The notes under the pieces: model-generated | Database searches by the model: none | Told to the model about the DNA's origin: nothing | What the model saw: the letters and a program-made list of their open reading frames with translations, nothing else | Shown: piece by piece, positions 49,848 through 62,184 of the stretch | Layout: each line of letters opens with the position of its first letter | Position numbering within the stretch: position 1 is the first letter of the stretch | Position numbers and translations under genes: made by a program | Source of the DNA: Octopus sinensis | Taxonomy: Eukaryota | DNA: 64,000 bases | Reading direction: 5' to 3' | Assembly: GCF_006345805.1 (NCBI RefSeq) | Contig: NC_043003.1 | Location: 69,998,001 to 70,062,000, forward strand

Positions 49848-52124
49848 GTAACCAATTCCTCACTACTAAATCTTGATTTGTTTCTTGTTTCACTTTGATG
49901 TCTCTTACACCCCAAGTGTTCAGAGTTAATCTTTAATCAAGGAGTTACTGCAAGGTGGGAGGTATAATCTATTGCCGAGTTTAACTCTATCATCTGGCAC
50001 TTTGGATCCTTTAGCAGTGTCCCTTCTATTACGAGTATTTGGGGTGGATCTCCAGTTTGAGGAACGCTTCTTCTCTCCCTTTTAGCAATCTTAGAGACTC
50101 TCTATAGGTCATGGGTATTGCCATCCCATCCTAGTAAAATGTTTTAGAAAAATGGTTTTCGTGTATTTATCATCATCATTGTTTAGCACATGTTTTCCAT
50201 GCTGGGTTGGACGTTTCAACAGGAGATGAGGAGCAGAGGGCTGTAGCAGGTTCCATTGTCTGCTTTGGTATGACATTGGAGTTGGCATTAGGAAGGGCGC
50301 CACATTTGCACCTATAAAACTGTAAAAATTAAAAATAACATCTCATTCATGCTACAGGTAAAACAGGTGAGAAATCTGAAAAAATACAATGTAAATTATA
50401 TTTCACTTAATTTGATGTTTATCACTTAATTTAAGATCAGACTGCAATGTAAAAAAATAATCTCTTAATTTTTCAAATGTTAACCTTAGACAAGGATATC
50501 AATATCTATTTCTTGTGTAAGATTTTATTTATTATGAAATAATTATGTCATGGTTGGCAGTGAATTTAGTGAGAAATCATGTAGAAAAGGTGCCCCTCTT
50601 CCTTTTGTTTATTATAATTCTTATGATTATAAGTGCCTTTTACATGACACCAGCACAGGTGCTTTATACATAGGTGCTTTTTATGTGGCGCAAGTATGGG
50701 AACATTAACACTTCCTTCTCATAAACATCATCATCATCATCGTTTAACATCCGCTTACCATGCTAGCATGGGTTGGATGATTTGACTGAGGTCTGGCGAA
50801 CCAGATGGCTGCACCGGACTCCAATCTGATCTGGCAGAGTTTCTACAGCTGGATGCCCTTCCTAACACCAACCACTCCGAGAGTGTAGTGGGTGCTTTTA
50901 TGTGCCACTGGCACGAGGGCCAGTCCAGTGGCACTTGCAACGATCTCGCTTGAATGTTTTTTCACGTGAGAAATCTGCTTATGCTCATAAACAGAGAGCA
51001 GGAGAGAGAGAGTCAATGGAAGAAACATTAAATCCTCTGATGTCTAGTAAGCAAGCATGGCCAAAATGCCTCATGCCCATACGAGATAATGCAGTTGATA
51101 ATGTTTGTTACCTTGGGTGAGCTAATTAGTACTGGGCTTAATTATAGTGTAAGTATGGGTGTTATGGTAAGGAAATGGGGTGGAGGGTGGAGAGTTTTGG
51201 GAGTTTGTTCTTTTGTTGTCAACAAAATATTTCTGTTTTCATATAAACAGCAGACAGTGTAAGTAGGCTGTGCCTCTGCTTGTTATAAAGGGTAAATAAA
51301 ATGGTTGGCATTAAGGACAGGAACAAGTGGCTTGCAATAGAGGATGACTACCCCAGTTGGAAAAAGAAGAGGTGGGTGATTAGGATATGTCAGGATGTCC
51401 TCCCAAGTTCAAACCCAGACTATGTCTACTCTGATAATCAGTGAATCCTCTGTGTGTGTATACATGTGACTAGGGTCCACATGTGAACATGTATTTCCAC
51501 TGAGACTCTGTACATGAACTTTATAACCCATTCTATGTGGTTACTCAACTGGAACTTTTAGGGGTGATCTAATATCATTTCTCTTTTTATCAATTTATCT
51601 ATCAATTCCAAAATTGGAATTACTTCAGTTAACTTTTTCAAAACTTACTAATAGGTGCAGGTGTGGCTGTGTGGCAAGAAGCTTGCTTCCCAGCCACATG
51701 GTTCCAGGTTCAGTCCCATGGCATGGCACCTTCAGCAAATGCCTTCTACTATAGCCTCTGGCCAACCTAAGCCTTATGAGTGGATTTGGTAGGTGGAAAC
51801 TGAAAGAAGCCCATCAGATATGTGTGTTTGTGTTTGTCCCCATTGCTTGACAGCCAGTGTTGGTGTGTTTATGTCCCTGTAACTTAATGGTTTAGCAAAA
51901 GAGGTTGATAGAATAAGTACCATGTTTAAAAAAAAAAATAGGTATTGGGGTTGATTCATTCAACTAAATATTCTTCAAGGTGGTGTCCCAGCATGGCCAC
52001 AGTCTAATAACTAAAACAAAAGATAATGTTTATTTATTTCTATTTGTTCCCATGGCATAACTACTTTGTTTTGCATATCTTTTTTTGCCACTGACATCTA
52101 ATGTAAGAAATTTTCTCTCTGCAG

Positions 52125-52347
52125 AGGATCCAGCCGTTCGCACACGTCTCACGGAATGCTTGGAAACTATACTCAACAAAGCACAAGAAGCACCGAAATC
52201 TAAAAAGGCACAGCATTCCAATGCCAAAAATGCAGTATTGTTTGAAGCGATAAATCTAATCATTCACATGGACAGTGATCCTAACCTTTTAGTTAGAGCT
52301 TGTAACCAACTTGGACAGTTTCTTCAGCACAGAGAGACCAATCTCAG
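52125..52347 (+). CDS. AP2A: AP2A exon 8 (223 nt)
   Basis: ctgcag|AG GAT CCA...CTC AG|gtatat; [75 protein letters not shown]. Confidence 0.97.
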
Positions 52348-53264
52348 GTATATTGTGGTTTTATCCATATTAAAAAATGTCCCCTTCTTTATCTTACTCT
52401 CTAACTTCCTCTCCTTTCTCTTACAACTAGGGCACCCATGTATCTACTCTATAGCAAGACATGTTTCTGTTTCTCTATACATTTAATCTCTCAATTAATA
52501 CAAATCCACCACCACCACCACCATCCTGCCTCAACATCACTCACCACCTCCCAGCTGAGGAATTTTGTCTTGCAAGTCGCTTGGTGACCCTGTTGGTGCT
52601 TGTGCCTTGTGAAATGCACTGGTGTTATATATAAAAAAAACAAAAAAACATCAGTACTATATAAAAGGCACCTAGTACACTTTGTAAAATGTTTGGGAAA
52701 AAGAAGGGCATCCAAACAGACAATGAAACCTGATGTGGCTCCTGGCCCTTACCAGCCCCTGTCAAACCATCCAACCCATGCCTGCGTAGAAAATAGATGT
52801 TTGATGATGAGGAATATTATCTATCTATGGTATCATTTTTTATTTAACTTTTTTGTTCTTCAACAAGTTAGCGCATGCCAAGGTCAAACTTGTTAAATAG
52901 TTTAAGTTTTATTGTGTGGTTAAGCATACTTCCCAACCATCTGATCTTAGGCTCAGTCCTACTGCGCATCATCTCAGACAAGTACTGGGGTCGATTCATT
53001 TTACTAAAATTCTTCAGCTTGGCCGCAGTCTAATGACTGAAGCAAGTAAAAGAGGAAAGATACTAAATGCACCCCAATTTCAGTAGTGAATATTTAAGAA
53101 AGAAACATTTTAGAGAGACCCAACTTTACATATAGGGGTGACATTTTGAGGATTTTTTAAGAAAAAGAGTGCATTTTATATGGTATCAAATACAGTAAAT
53201 ACATGATGTACATAACATTTTGTTTTTTACATTATTTACATTTGATGGATATTTGTTTGTTGAT

Positions 53265-53310
53265 AACACAACGTTTTGGCTGATATACCCTCCAGCCTTC
53301 ATCAGGTGTC
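53265..53310 (-). ncRNA. Degenerate minimal hammerhead ribozyme (G12>A only)
   Basis: Minus strand GACAC-CTGATGA-A-GGCTG-gagggtatat-CAGCC-AAAACGTT-GTGTT. Confidence 0.6.
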
Positions 53311-53558
53311 TTGGGGAAATTTTGAACCTGGGTTCTCATTCCTAAGGTATTTTTCAATGTATTATCATTATTATCATTATTATTATTATATTATTATTAT
53401 TATATGCCCATGGGCATATGGCATAGTGATTAAGAGCATGGGCTATTAACCTCAAGATTCCAAGTTTGATTCCAGGCAGTGACCTGAATAATAATAATAA
53501 TAACAACAACATCAAAAAATACTTTAGAAATGAGAACCCAGGTTCAAAATTTCCCTAA

Positions 53559-53604
53559 GACACCTAATGAAGGCTGGAGGGTATATCAGCCGAAACATTG
53601 TGTT
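53559..53604 (+). ncRNA. Degenerate minimal hammerhead ribozyme (G5>A, ACGT>ACAT)
   Basis: GACAC-CTAATGA-A-GGCTG-gagggtatat-CAGCC-GAAACATT-GTGTT. Confidence 0.6.
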
Positions 53605-53740
53605 AACAAGAAGCAAGATGAGGACAAATATCCATCAAATGTAAATAATGCACATGATTCCTCATCTCTTAAATATAGAACTGTATTTTGTTTTGTTTTT
53701 TCCTTAATTTTTTTTAATTAAAAAAAAATTCTTGTTGCAG

Positions 53741-53837
53741 ATATCTAGCATTGGAGAGTATGTGTTTGTTAGCAACATCTGAGTTTTCCCATGAGGCCGT
53801 AAAGAAGCACCAAGAAACTGTTATCACCTCTTTGAAG
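53741..53837 (+). CDS. AP2A: AP2A exon 9 (97 nt)
   Basis: ttgcag|A TAT CTA...TTG AAG|gtaata; [32 protein letters not shown]. Confidence 0.97.
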
Positions 53838-54838
53838 GTAATATGTTGTCTTTTTCTTTCTTTATCCCCCCCCCACCCGCCCATTTCTTATTTCTTTATT
53901 ATTGAATATTTCCACTTGACTCTATGAAAGAACACATGTAACTATGTTTATTTGCACATTTACAATAGACGTATGGACGCAGGAGTGGCTGTGTTGTAAG
54001 TAGCCCGCTTACTGATCACATGGTTCTGGGTTCAGGCCCACTGCGTGGCACCTTGGGCAAGTGTCTTCTACTATAGCCTCAGGCCGACCAAAGCCTTGTG
54101 AGTGGATTTGGTAGAAAGAAAGTGAAAGAAGCCCATCGTGTGTATATGTATATATATATATGTTTGTGTTTGTCCCCCCCAACATCGCTTGACAACCGAT
54201 GTTGGTGTGTTTACATCCCCGTAACTTAGCAGTTCGGCAAAAGAGACTGATAGAATAAGTACTAGGCTTACAAAGAATAAGTCCTGGGGTCAATTTGCTC
54301 GACTAAAGGCGATGCTCCAGCATGGCTACAGTCAAATGACAGAAACAGTTAAAAAGTAAAAAAAAAAGTGACACATGGTAACTGTAGCCACTTGCCATAG
54401 AAGCAACAGCTTTCACTGTTCATTCGCAAAAGAAGCAACTTTTGTAACTGTCCATTTGTGATAGAGGCACCGTTTAATATAAAGGTGCCATTTGTTGCTG
54501 TTTGTGCTAAAGGAAATATTTGTGAATAGTAAAAATGTTTGTGGGGCAACTTGTGAATTTCCATTTGTAATGAAGCATAGAATATCTTTAGTGTTGGTCA
54601 CTTGTATGAAGTAGGAAAGACTTAGAAAAGAAACACAACAAATATTAAAATGCTACTTGCTGTTAGTTGAGTTTGTGATATGGCTTTGAGTCTAAGTTTT
54701 AGCCATTTCTCCTATGTTATTAATGCTCCTGAGATGCTGCTTGTCTTCAAGTGCAAAACCCAGTGTCCATGTAAGAAATTGAGTCTTCTCACCAACTTGT
54801 ACAAAACAAGAAATTATTATTGTTTAATTTTTCTTCAG

Positions 54839-54976
54839 ACGGAACGAGATGTGAGTGTGCGTCAGCGAGCTGTCGACTTATTATATGCCATGTGTGACAG
54901 GACCAATGCGGAAGAGATTGTGGCAGAAATGTTGGAATATCTGGAATCTGCTGATTACTCCATTCGAGAGGAAATG
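54839..54976 (+). CDS. AP2A: AP2A exon 10 (138 nt)
   Basis: cttcag|ACG GAA...GAA ATG|gtaggt; [46 protein letters not shown]. Confidence 0.98.
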
Positions 54977-55036
54977 GTAGGTTTTCAGATTTTAATTTTT
55001 TCTTTGGGTTTTTTTTTTTGTGCTTGCACTCTTTAA

Positions 55037-55287
55037 CCCTTTAACTGAAAAATTAAATTTATTAGTTATTCCGGTAATTATGTTAAATATCTATAAAAAA
55101 ATTTTTAAAAAAAAGTAAAATTGATATTTTCTGTAAGTCACATTTTCTCCATAAACTTTGCATATCTCAACTAAAAGTAATTTCAGATATGACATTCCTC
55201 AACAAAAGATTGGTTTATAAAACTGCCTTCTGCAGTTAAGGGTAATAAAATTTTGAGTGGATGTATCTGATTTTTGTAGTAAAAGGG
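55037..55287. mobile_element. TTAA-flanked piggyBac-type MITE (251 bp), 60 nt after exon 10
   Basis: ttaa|ccctttaact ... agtaaaaggg|ttaa. Confidence 0.7.
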
Positions 55288-56039
55288 TTAAAAGCTTTGC
55301 AGGAGTCCAATTTCACTGGTATATATTTTCTCAGAGATGAAAATTCTGCCCATTTTAAATCAGATTCTTTATTACAGATTCTTATAAAAAAATCAATAGT
55401 TTAAATTATTGATTTCTGTTATTTGCAATATTTTTTATTGATTGCTTTGTAGAGAGGTTGAACTAGTAAATTTGAATCTGTAACATTGATAATTGTAATA
55501 ATGATAATAGTGATAATAATAATTTCAAATTTCAACACAGTCATAGTTTTTTAGGGGAGTAACTTCACTCAATTTAATCTGATACTAATTTTATTAGTCC
55601 CACGAGAGTAAAAAAACAAAATTGATTTCAGTGAGATGTGAACTCACCATGTCATCTGACAAAACTCAATACTACAATACATTTCATTTGGATTTCTCTC
55701 TGTTTGGCTTCAGAGGAAAGACCATGATATATGATAATATTTATAGTATAACATTTATTATATAACAATATTTATTGTATGATATCTCATGTATTCTAAT
55801 ATTTATGCTTTCCTCAGAAGCATCATAAATGAAGTGAAATAGTTTTTATTAGAGACTGAGGATTGAAACCACATTGCAACCTTGACTAGGAAGCAGCTTA
55901 CTTCAACGGCATGGAAAAGTGAACATTAAAAGGATGATGAACCCCTGATGCTAAACTTGTTACATCATATTTATTAGTACAGCTGTAAAGATTTGTTATA
56001 ATTTTTTATTTAATTAATTGTTTTTCCAATTTTTTCCAG

Positions 56040-56147
56040 GTCCTAAAAGTGGCCATTTTAGCTGAGAAATATGCTGTAGATTACACCTGGTATGTGGATG
56101 TAATTCTAAACCTGATCCGAATTGCTGGAGATTATGTGAGTGAAGAG
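56040..56147 (+). CDS. AP2A: AP2A exon 11 (108 nt)
   Basis: ttccag|GTC CTA...GAA GAG|gtaagc; [36 protein letters not shown]. Confidence 0.97.
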
Positions 56148-57737
56148 GTAAGCAAACACGGTATCATGTTCATTTTCTTACCTGAAATTTAAAATGGACT
56201 TTCTGGTCACATTGTAATATTTGGTGTATATGTGTATGTGCAGATGTACCTGCATATGTATATGTGTGTATTTGATCTCTAACAGAATGCAATAAAGTTG
56301 TCCCCTGGTGATCCATTGCAGTTAGGTATTCAAATGTACTTGAAACCTCCAATGCTGCATTCTATATGTTCAAACATACATAGGATCTAATGAGTTATAT
56401 TTGTGTTCATCTTAATTTTCCATTCTGTGCGCATGTATATCAGAGCTAGTAACTTACACTCTGTCATATGTGCACACTGACATTGCACACACACACACAC
56501 ACACAAAATAATGTAGATTATTTTCTTAAATAGTCCTAATTTTTTTTGTCAAATTGTAAACACATTTATCTTTAGCCAGGTTGATGGAAAGATGTGATGC
56601 TGTGTCCAGTGTCACTGATCACCACAAGGCTTTGACTCTTTAGCTTTCAGCTTATTCTGTCAAATGTAATCCTTATTTACTCACATTGTTTTCAACTAAA
56701 CATTCATTATCTTGTAGTTTTGAGATTTCAATGATGAGATTGTTTATCTTTAGAATGATATTGTAGGGTAGGTGCAAGAGGTTGGATCTGACCAGTATGA
56801 ATATAAACAAGTAGAATATTTGGGTTAGGCCAATTTAAATGCTAAAAGGATAACATGGAACGCATTCAGGTCAGTGTGGGCTGTATGGTGACCCCTCACT
56901 AGTGCTGGTGGTATGAAAAAAGCACTCAGTAAGTGCTGTAAACTTGTTGGCAATTGGAAGGGCACCCAGCTGATAGTGGAACACAATGTAGTCCTTGCAC
57001 CAATCAGATCATGTTAAACCATCCAACCCATGTCAGCATGGAGCTTTAACATTAAATGGTACTGCTGGTGCCACATAAAAAGCACTGGTGCTGGTGCCAT
57101 ATAAAATGCACTGGTGCCACGTAAAAAGCACTGGTGCTGGTGCCACATATAAAGCACCCAGTACACTCTGTAAAGTGGTTGGTATTAGGAAGGGCATCCA
57201 GCTGTAGAAACCAAGACAAACAGACTATGGAATCTGGTGCTGCTCTGCAGTCTGTCAGATCCTGGCCTTGCCAGCTCTTGACAAACTGTCCAACAAATGC
57301 CAACATAGAAAAAGGATGTTAAATGATGATGATGATGATGTTTATCATCATTATCATCATCATCATCTTCAAATTGCAAAAACTTGAAAAAGGAAAGCAG
57401 CTTTAGTATCAACCTTAGAATTTTAAGACTAAAACAAAGAAGAAAGAAAGAAAACTTCTGCAGATAGGATACAAATAGTATTGTTGTTCTAATTACAATC
57501 TAGAGTTGTCAAAAAATTAAACCAATATGTTATGCAAATGTAATACATATTAAAGTAATTAGCTGTTTTAAATTCAGTAAAGGGAGATGGAATGAATATG
57601 TCTCTCATTGATCATTAATTACAAAAATATTGGGTATTGGTTTTTACTTGTGATTGATCTTATCTTAATTCTATGTTACTTGGTCTTAATTAAGTGACTG
57701 ATTAACAATACACATTCTGTTTTCGTTATCTTACAAG

Positions 57738-57812
57738 GTCTGGTATCGAGTTATCCAGATTGTCATTAACAGAGATGATGTACAAGGATATGCTGCCAAG
57801 ACAGTCTTTGAA
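57738..57812 (+). CDS. AP2A: AP2A exon 12 (75 nt)
   Basis: ttacaag|GTC TGG...TTT GAA|gtaagg (AAG acceptor); [25 protein letters not shown]. Confidence 0.96.
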
Positions 57813-59343
57813 GTAAGGAATCTTTTAATTATTCTTTGTATTTTTTAACTTTTCATTGTTTCTGACATTGGACTGCAGCCTTTCTAGGACCCTTTCTAGA
57901 AGTGTTTGGGTCAAACAAATTGACCCCCAATATTTATTTTTGATGAAATAAGTACCAAACTGCAGTCTTTTTTGCTGAATCACTCTAAGGATGTAAGCAT
58001 AAACAAACCAACACCTTTTGTCAAGCAGTGAGGGAACAAATGCCAACGGATCTGGTTGTGGGGAAATATTACCTTGCTTGGATATGGGTGAAGGTTGACG
58101 GTCACAGTATATCTGCCTCAACAAATTCTATCTGACCCATACAAGCATAAAAAGTGGACGTTAAATGATGATGAAGCTATTGTGGGTGAGTTGAAGTCAA
58201 ATAAAAGGGTAAAAATCCCCTTCTGTCATGAAGACCTTGGGATTGCATCTAGAAAAGTTCTCCCCTAAGGCACAAGTCTGGACAAGGTTGTATATAGAAA
58301 ACCAGCAGTCACCCATGCATACCAGCCTCCCCTCTCCATGCTACTGATGTTATCCTAGGGAAAGGCAAAGGGGCCGACACAGCTTGGCACCAGTGATGTT
58401 GTAACTCATTCCTACAGATGAGTGAACTGGAACAACGTGAAATAAAGTGTCTTGCTCAAGGACACAGCACACAGTTTGGTCCGGGAATTGAACTCACTAC
58501 TTCATTATTGTGAGCCTAATGCTCTAACCACTGAGCCATGCACTTTCACCGAAGTCAAATAGTTCAGTTGGAAAATAACCATATCTTACCAGTATAGGTG
58601 AAAAATTTAAACATTTGAAAGGGATTTTGACTTGGTTATGTTAAGGTGTCATCATTGCAGATAAAATGCTTAGTGCTGTTGGCATATTTGATGGCTGCAG
58701 AATTGGTTACCTTGCATTTTTCTTTTACTTGGACTGTGGCCATGCTAGAGCATCACCTTAAAGGGTTTAGTTGAATAAATTGACCCCAGTACTTGTTTTG
58801 TTTTTAGCTTGGTGCTTGTTCTATCAATATCTAATGTTGAACTGCTAAGTTACAGGGATGTAAACAAACTGTCAACAGTTGTCAAGTGATGGTGGGAGAC
58901 AAACACAGAAACACACGCATAAATATATACACATGTATGTATAAATGATGGATTCTCATCGAAGACTGCATAAGAGTTTTTAGTTTTTTGTTTATAGTGA
59001 TCAAATGTTTATGCTGTATGTTAGCTCCCTCCCCCCATCAAATCTATGTTGCCTGTACAGGGGCACAAGTGTCCCATATGGGCTTCTTTCAGTTTCTGTG
59101 TACCAAATCCACACAAAGTTCTGATCTTGTATGAAACCAATCCCTGGTACTGAAAAGGCTGTGGACCTCTTCCCTGGGTGACACCATTTCTTCAACTTTT
59201 TCATGAATTAGAATAATGATTGTGATGTTTCTGCCATTGATAATAATGTTGAAGATTGCAAATGAAAACAACCCATTCGTTATATTTCAGTTCTGACTTA
59301 CCGAACTGATGGTCTTTGATGATTTTCTTCACTTTCGTTGTAG

Positions 59344-59441
59344 GCTCTACAAGCTCCTGCCTGTCATGAAAACATGGTCAAAGTTGGAGGTTATATTCTG
59401 GGCGAGTTTGGCAACCTTATTGCTGGTGACCCAAGATCAAG
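59344..59441 (+). CDS. AP2A: AP2A exon 13 (98 nt)
   Basis: ttgtag|GCT CTA...TCA AG|gtaaaa; [32 protein letters not shown](S). Confidence 0.97.
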
Positions 59442-60109
59442 GTAAAATACTTTTGCTGCTATCAGTCTTTGTTTCTCTGTTGACATTTTCAAATGAGAAT
59501 TTAGGATTTTGTTAATGGACCTTCTCGTAGAGCAACCAGTTTTCTCTGAAATGAAAAATTACTTGCTTTGACAGACCTTTTGATTTGATCATTTGTCATA
59601 ATTCATTACGTTTAGTTGGTTAATTTGTTGCATGCGCACATGTGCGTGTAATTTTTTGTATATATATATATATAGGATCAGAATCGAAATCGATCAATGG
59701 AAATCGATCAATAGAAATTGCAGATGTGTTACCAGTGCCGGTGGCATGTAAGAGAACCTTCCGTTTCGCGACCGTTGCCAGCACCGCCCCGACTGGCCTC
59801 GTGCCGATGGCACGTAAAAAGCACCATCCGTTCGTGTCCGTTGCCAGCCTCGCCTGGCCCTCGTGCCGGTGGCACATAAAAAGCGCCATCCGTTCGTGGC
59901 TGTTTACCAGCTCTGTCTGGCACCTGTGCGAGTGGCATGTAAAAAGCACCCACTACACTCACGGAGTGGTTGGCGTTAGGAAGGGCATCCAGCCGTAGAA
60001 ACACTGCCAGATTTGACTGGGCCTGATGAAGCCTTCTGGCTTCACAGACCCCAGTAGAACCGTCCAACCCATGCTAGCATGGAAAACGGACACTAAACGA
60101 TGATGATGA

Positions 60110-60113
<4 letters not shown>

Positions 60114-60152
<39 letters not shown>
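60114..60152. repeat. (TA)n microsatellite
   Basis: Direct reading. Confidence 0.95.
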
Positions 60153-60156
<4 letters not shown>

Positions 60157-62022
60157 GATTGGCTGTGTGGTTGAGAAGCTCAACCTTGCAGTCTTGGGTT
60201 CAGCACCTTGGACAAGTGTCTTCTATTATGAATCCAGACTGACCAAAGCCTTGTGAATGAATTTGGTTGATGGAAACTGAAAGAATCACTGTTTGTTTGT
60301 GTGTGTACATTCTCCTGACATCAGGTGATGGTTGTTAAGGAGTATTACCATTATACAAGTGATGTTGTTTGCTTCCAGTTATCCATAGAAAACATGTTTG
60401 GCCATGGGAAATGGGTGAGGATTGGCGACTAAAATGGCATCTGGCTGTAAAAAAATCTGCCTCAACAAATTCTGTGTGATCAATGAAAGTATGGGAAAGT
60501 GGATGTTGAATGGTGATGGTGATATGCTTCTACCCATGAAATATTGTTGGTGTTGAGAAGCCATCCAATAATGTCTCTAGCATTTTAAAGTAAAGATTAT
60601 TTGCCAACATAATGTGGCAGTCCTGGTTGAGATGAATGTTACTGTTGTTTTAGTCCCAGGAAACATCAGCTCCAGCTGGCTATAATAACACACATTTGTG
60701 CCGTATCATCATCATCATCATCATTATTAAGGCTATGTTCTAAGTTCAAATTCCACCAAGGTCGACTTTATCTTTCATCCTTTCAGAGTCAGTAAATTAA
60801 GTACCAGTTGAGTACTGGGGTTGATGTGATCAACTGTCTTCCCACCCCCACAAAACCCAGACCTTGGGCTTTTAGTAGTGAGATGGCAGAATCGTTAATA
60901 CACTGGCAAAAATGCTTAGCAGCATTTCATCTGTCTCTATGTTCTGAGTTCAAATTCCACCAGGGTTGAATTTGTCGTTCATTCTTTCAAGGTTGACAAA
61001 ATAAATACCAGTGCAATACTGGGGTTGATGTAATCAACTACTGCCCTCCCTCAAAATTTCAAGGCCTTGTGCCTTCAGAAGAAAAGATTACTATTATAAT
61101 AATAATAATAATAATAATGATAATAGTTGGTGGTGGCGGCGAGTGGATGTTAAATCTGTAAACTAGTTTTTGATTCCCATTTTCGGTTGGATTGGTAATT
61201 CCTTTGGGAAAAGAATACCAACCTGAGAAAAACAGAAAGTAAATGAAATCATCACGATCCATGTTAGTGAAATGAGATGATTGGGCGCAGCTGTTTGGGG
61301 CGCTAGGGAATTTGGCCTGGCAGAATGGATATTCAGCATATTTGGGCTGCAGTACTTTTTGATACTGGAGGCAAACAAACACACACACACACACATACAT
61401 GCAGAAATATACATGTACAAAATAGACAGAGAGATAGATAGATAATAGAGAAAGAGAGAGAAAGAGATTATCATTTATTAATTGAACATGACCTAAATAC
61501 CTGCTTTCTCTTCTCAAACATAAAGAAATATGTTCACTGAGAGTGAGAGAGAGAGAGAGATAATGAAAAATTGGTTTTAAATTTTGGTGCAAAGCCAGCA
61601 ATTTTAGGGGAGGAGATAAATCAATTGCATCAACCCCCTGTGTCTAATTGGTATTTTATTGTAATGACCCCAAAAGGAGGAAAGACAAAGTCAACCTTGG
61701 TGGCATTTGAACTCTGAATGTAGAGACAAACGAAATGCTGCTAAGCATTTTTGCCGGTGCTCTAATGATTCTGCAAGCTCGATACTTTAGAAAATGGAAG
61801 AAATATTAAAAATATTCTATGTCAAATAAGTCAGCAATGCCAAATAAACAGCGCTAAAACTGCTGTGCCAAAATGTCTCGTACCCCCATCTTGCATTTGT
61901 AGTCCCCCCCCCTTTTTTTTCTAAAGCTTACTATGTTTCACTTAGACACCAATCTATATTCTTCTTTGTGATATTTTCTGTTCTAATAAAAGTGAAATTT
62001 TGAATAATATTTATATTTTCAG

Positions 62023-62152
62023 TCCTATTGTTCAGTTTGAGTTACTCCATTCAAAATACCACTTATGTGGAGCAGCTACCAGAGGCTTGCTACTCTCAAC
62101 TTATATTAAATTTGTTAATTTGTTTCCTGAGATTAAATCATCTATTCAAGAG
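62023..62152 (+). CDS. AP2A: AP2A exon 14 (130 nt); gene continues beyond the window
   Basis: tttcag|T CCT ATT...CAA GAG|gtatgt; [43 protein letters not shown]. Confidence 0.97.
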
Positions 62153-62184
62153 GTATGTACAACAGTCTTGTTTATAACCCAAAT

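Larger units (their letters stand above)
53228..53686. mobile_element. tRNA-head/hammerhead element, copy 3: head-to-head dimer ending ~55 nt before exon 9
   Basis: Minus arm 53228-53400; 18-bp perfect palindrome atatgcccatgggcatat at 53402-53419; plus copy has A box TGGCATAGTG at +8 and B box GTTTGATTCC at +53. Confidence 0.8.

Noticed and set aside
52121-52128. NAGNAG alternative acceptor at exon 8 (recalled for human AP2A2)
   Set aside because: The sequence here is CAG|AGG, so there is no AG at +3.
53412-53485. Functional tRNA gene
   Set aside because: A and B boxes are present, but the acceptor and T stems do not pair; it is a SINE head. The same applies to the heads of families A, B and D.
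60018-60050. CTGATGA followed by a small stem
   Set aside because: It is a variant of the family C tail (ctggtgcagcc in other copies), and no GAAA follows.
19340-62022. Minor (U12) introns
   Set aside because: All donors are GT with U2-like context, and none reads GTATCCTT or ATATCCTT.
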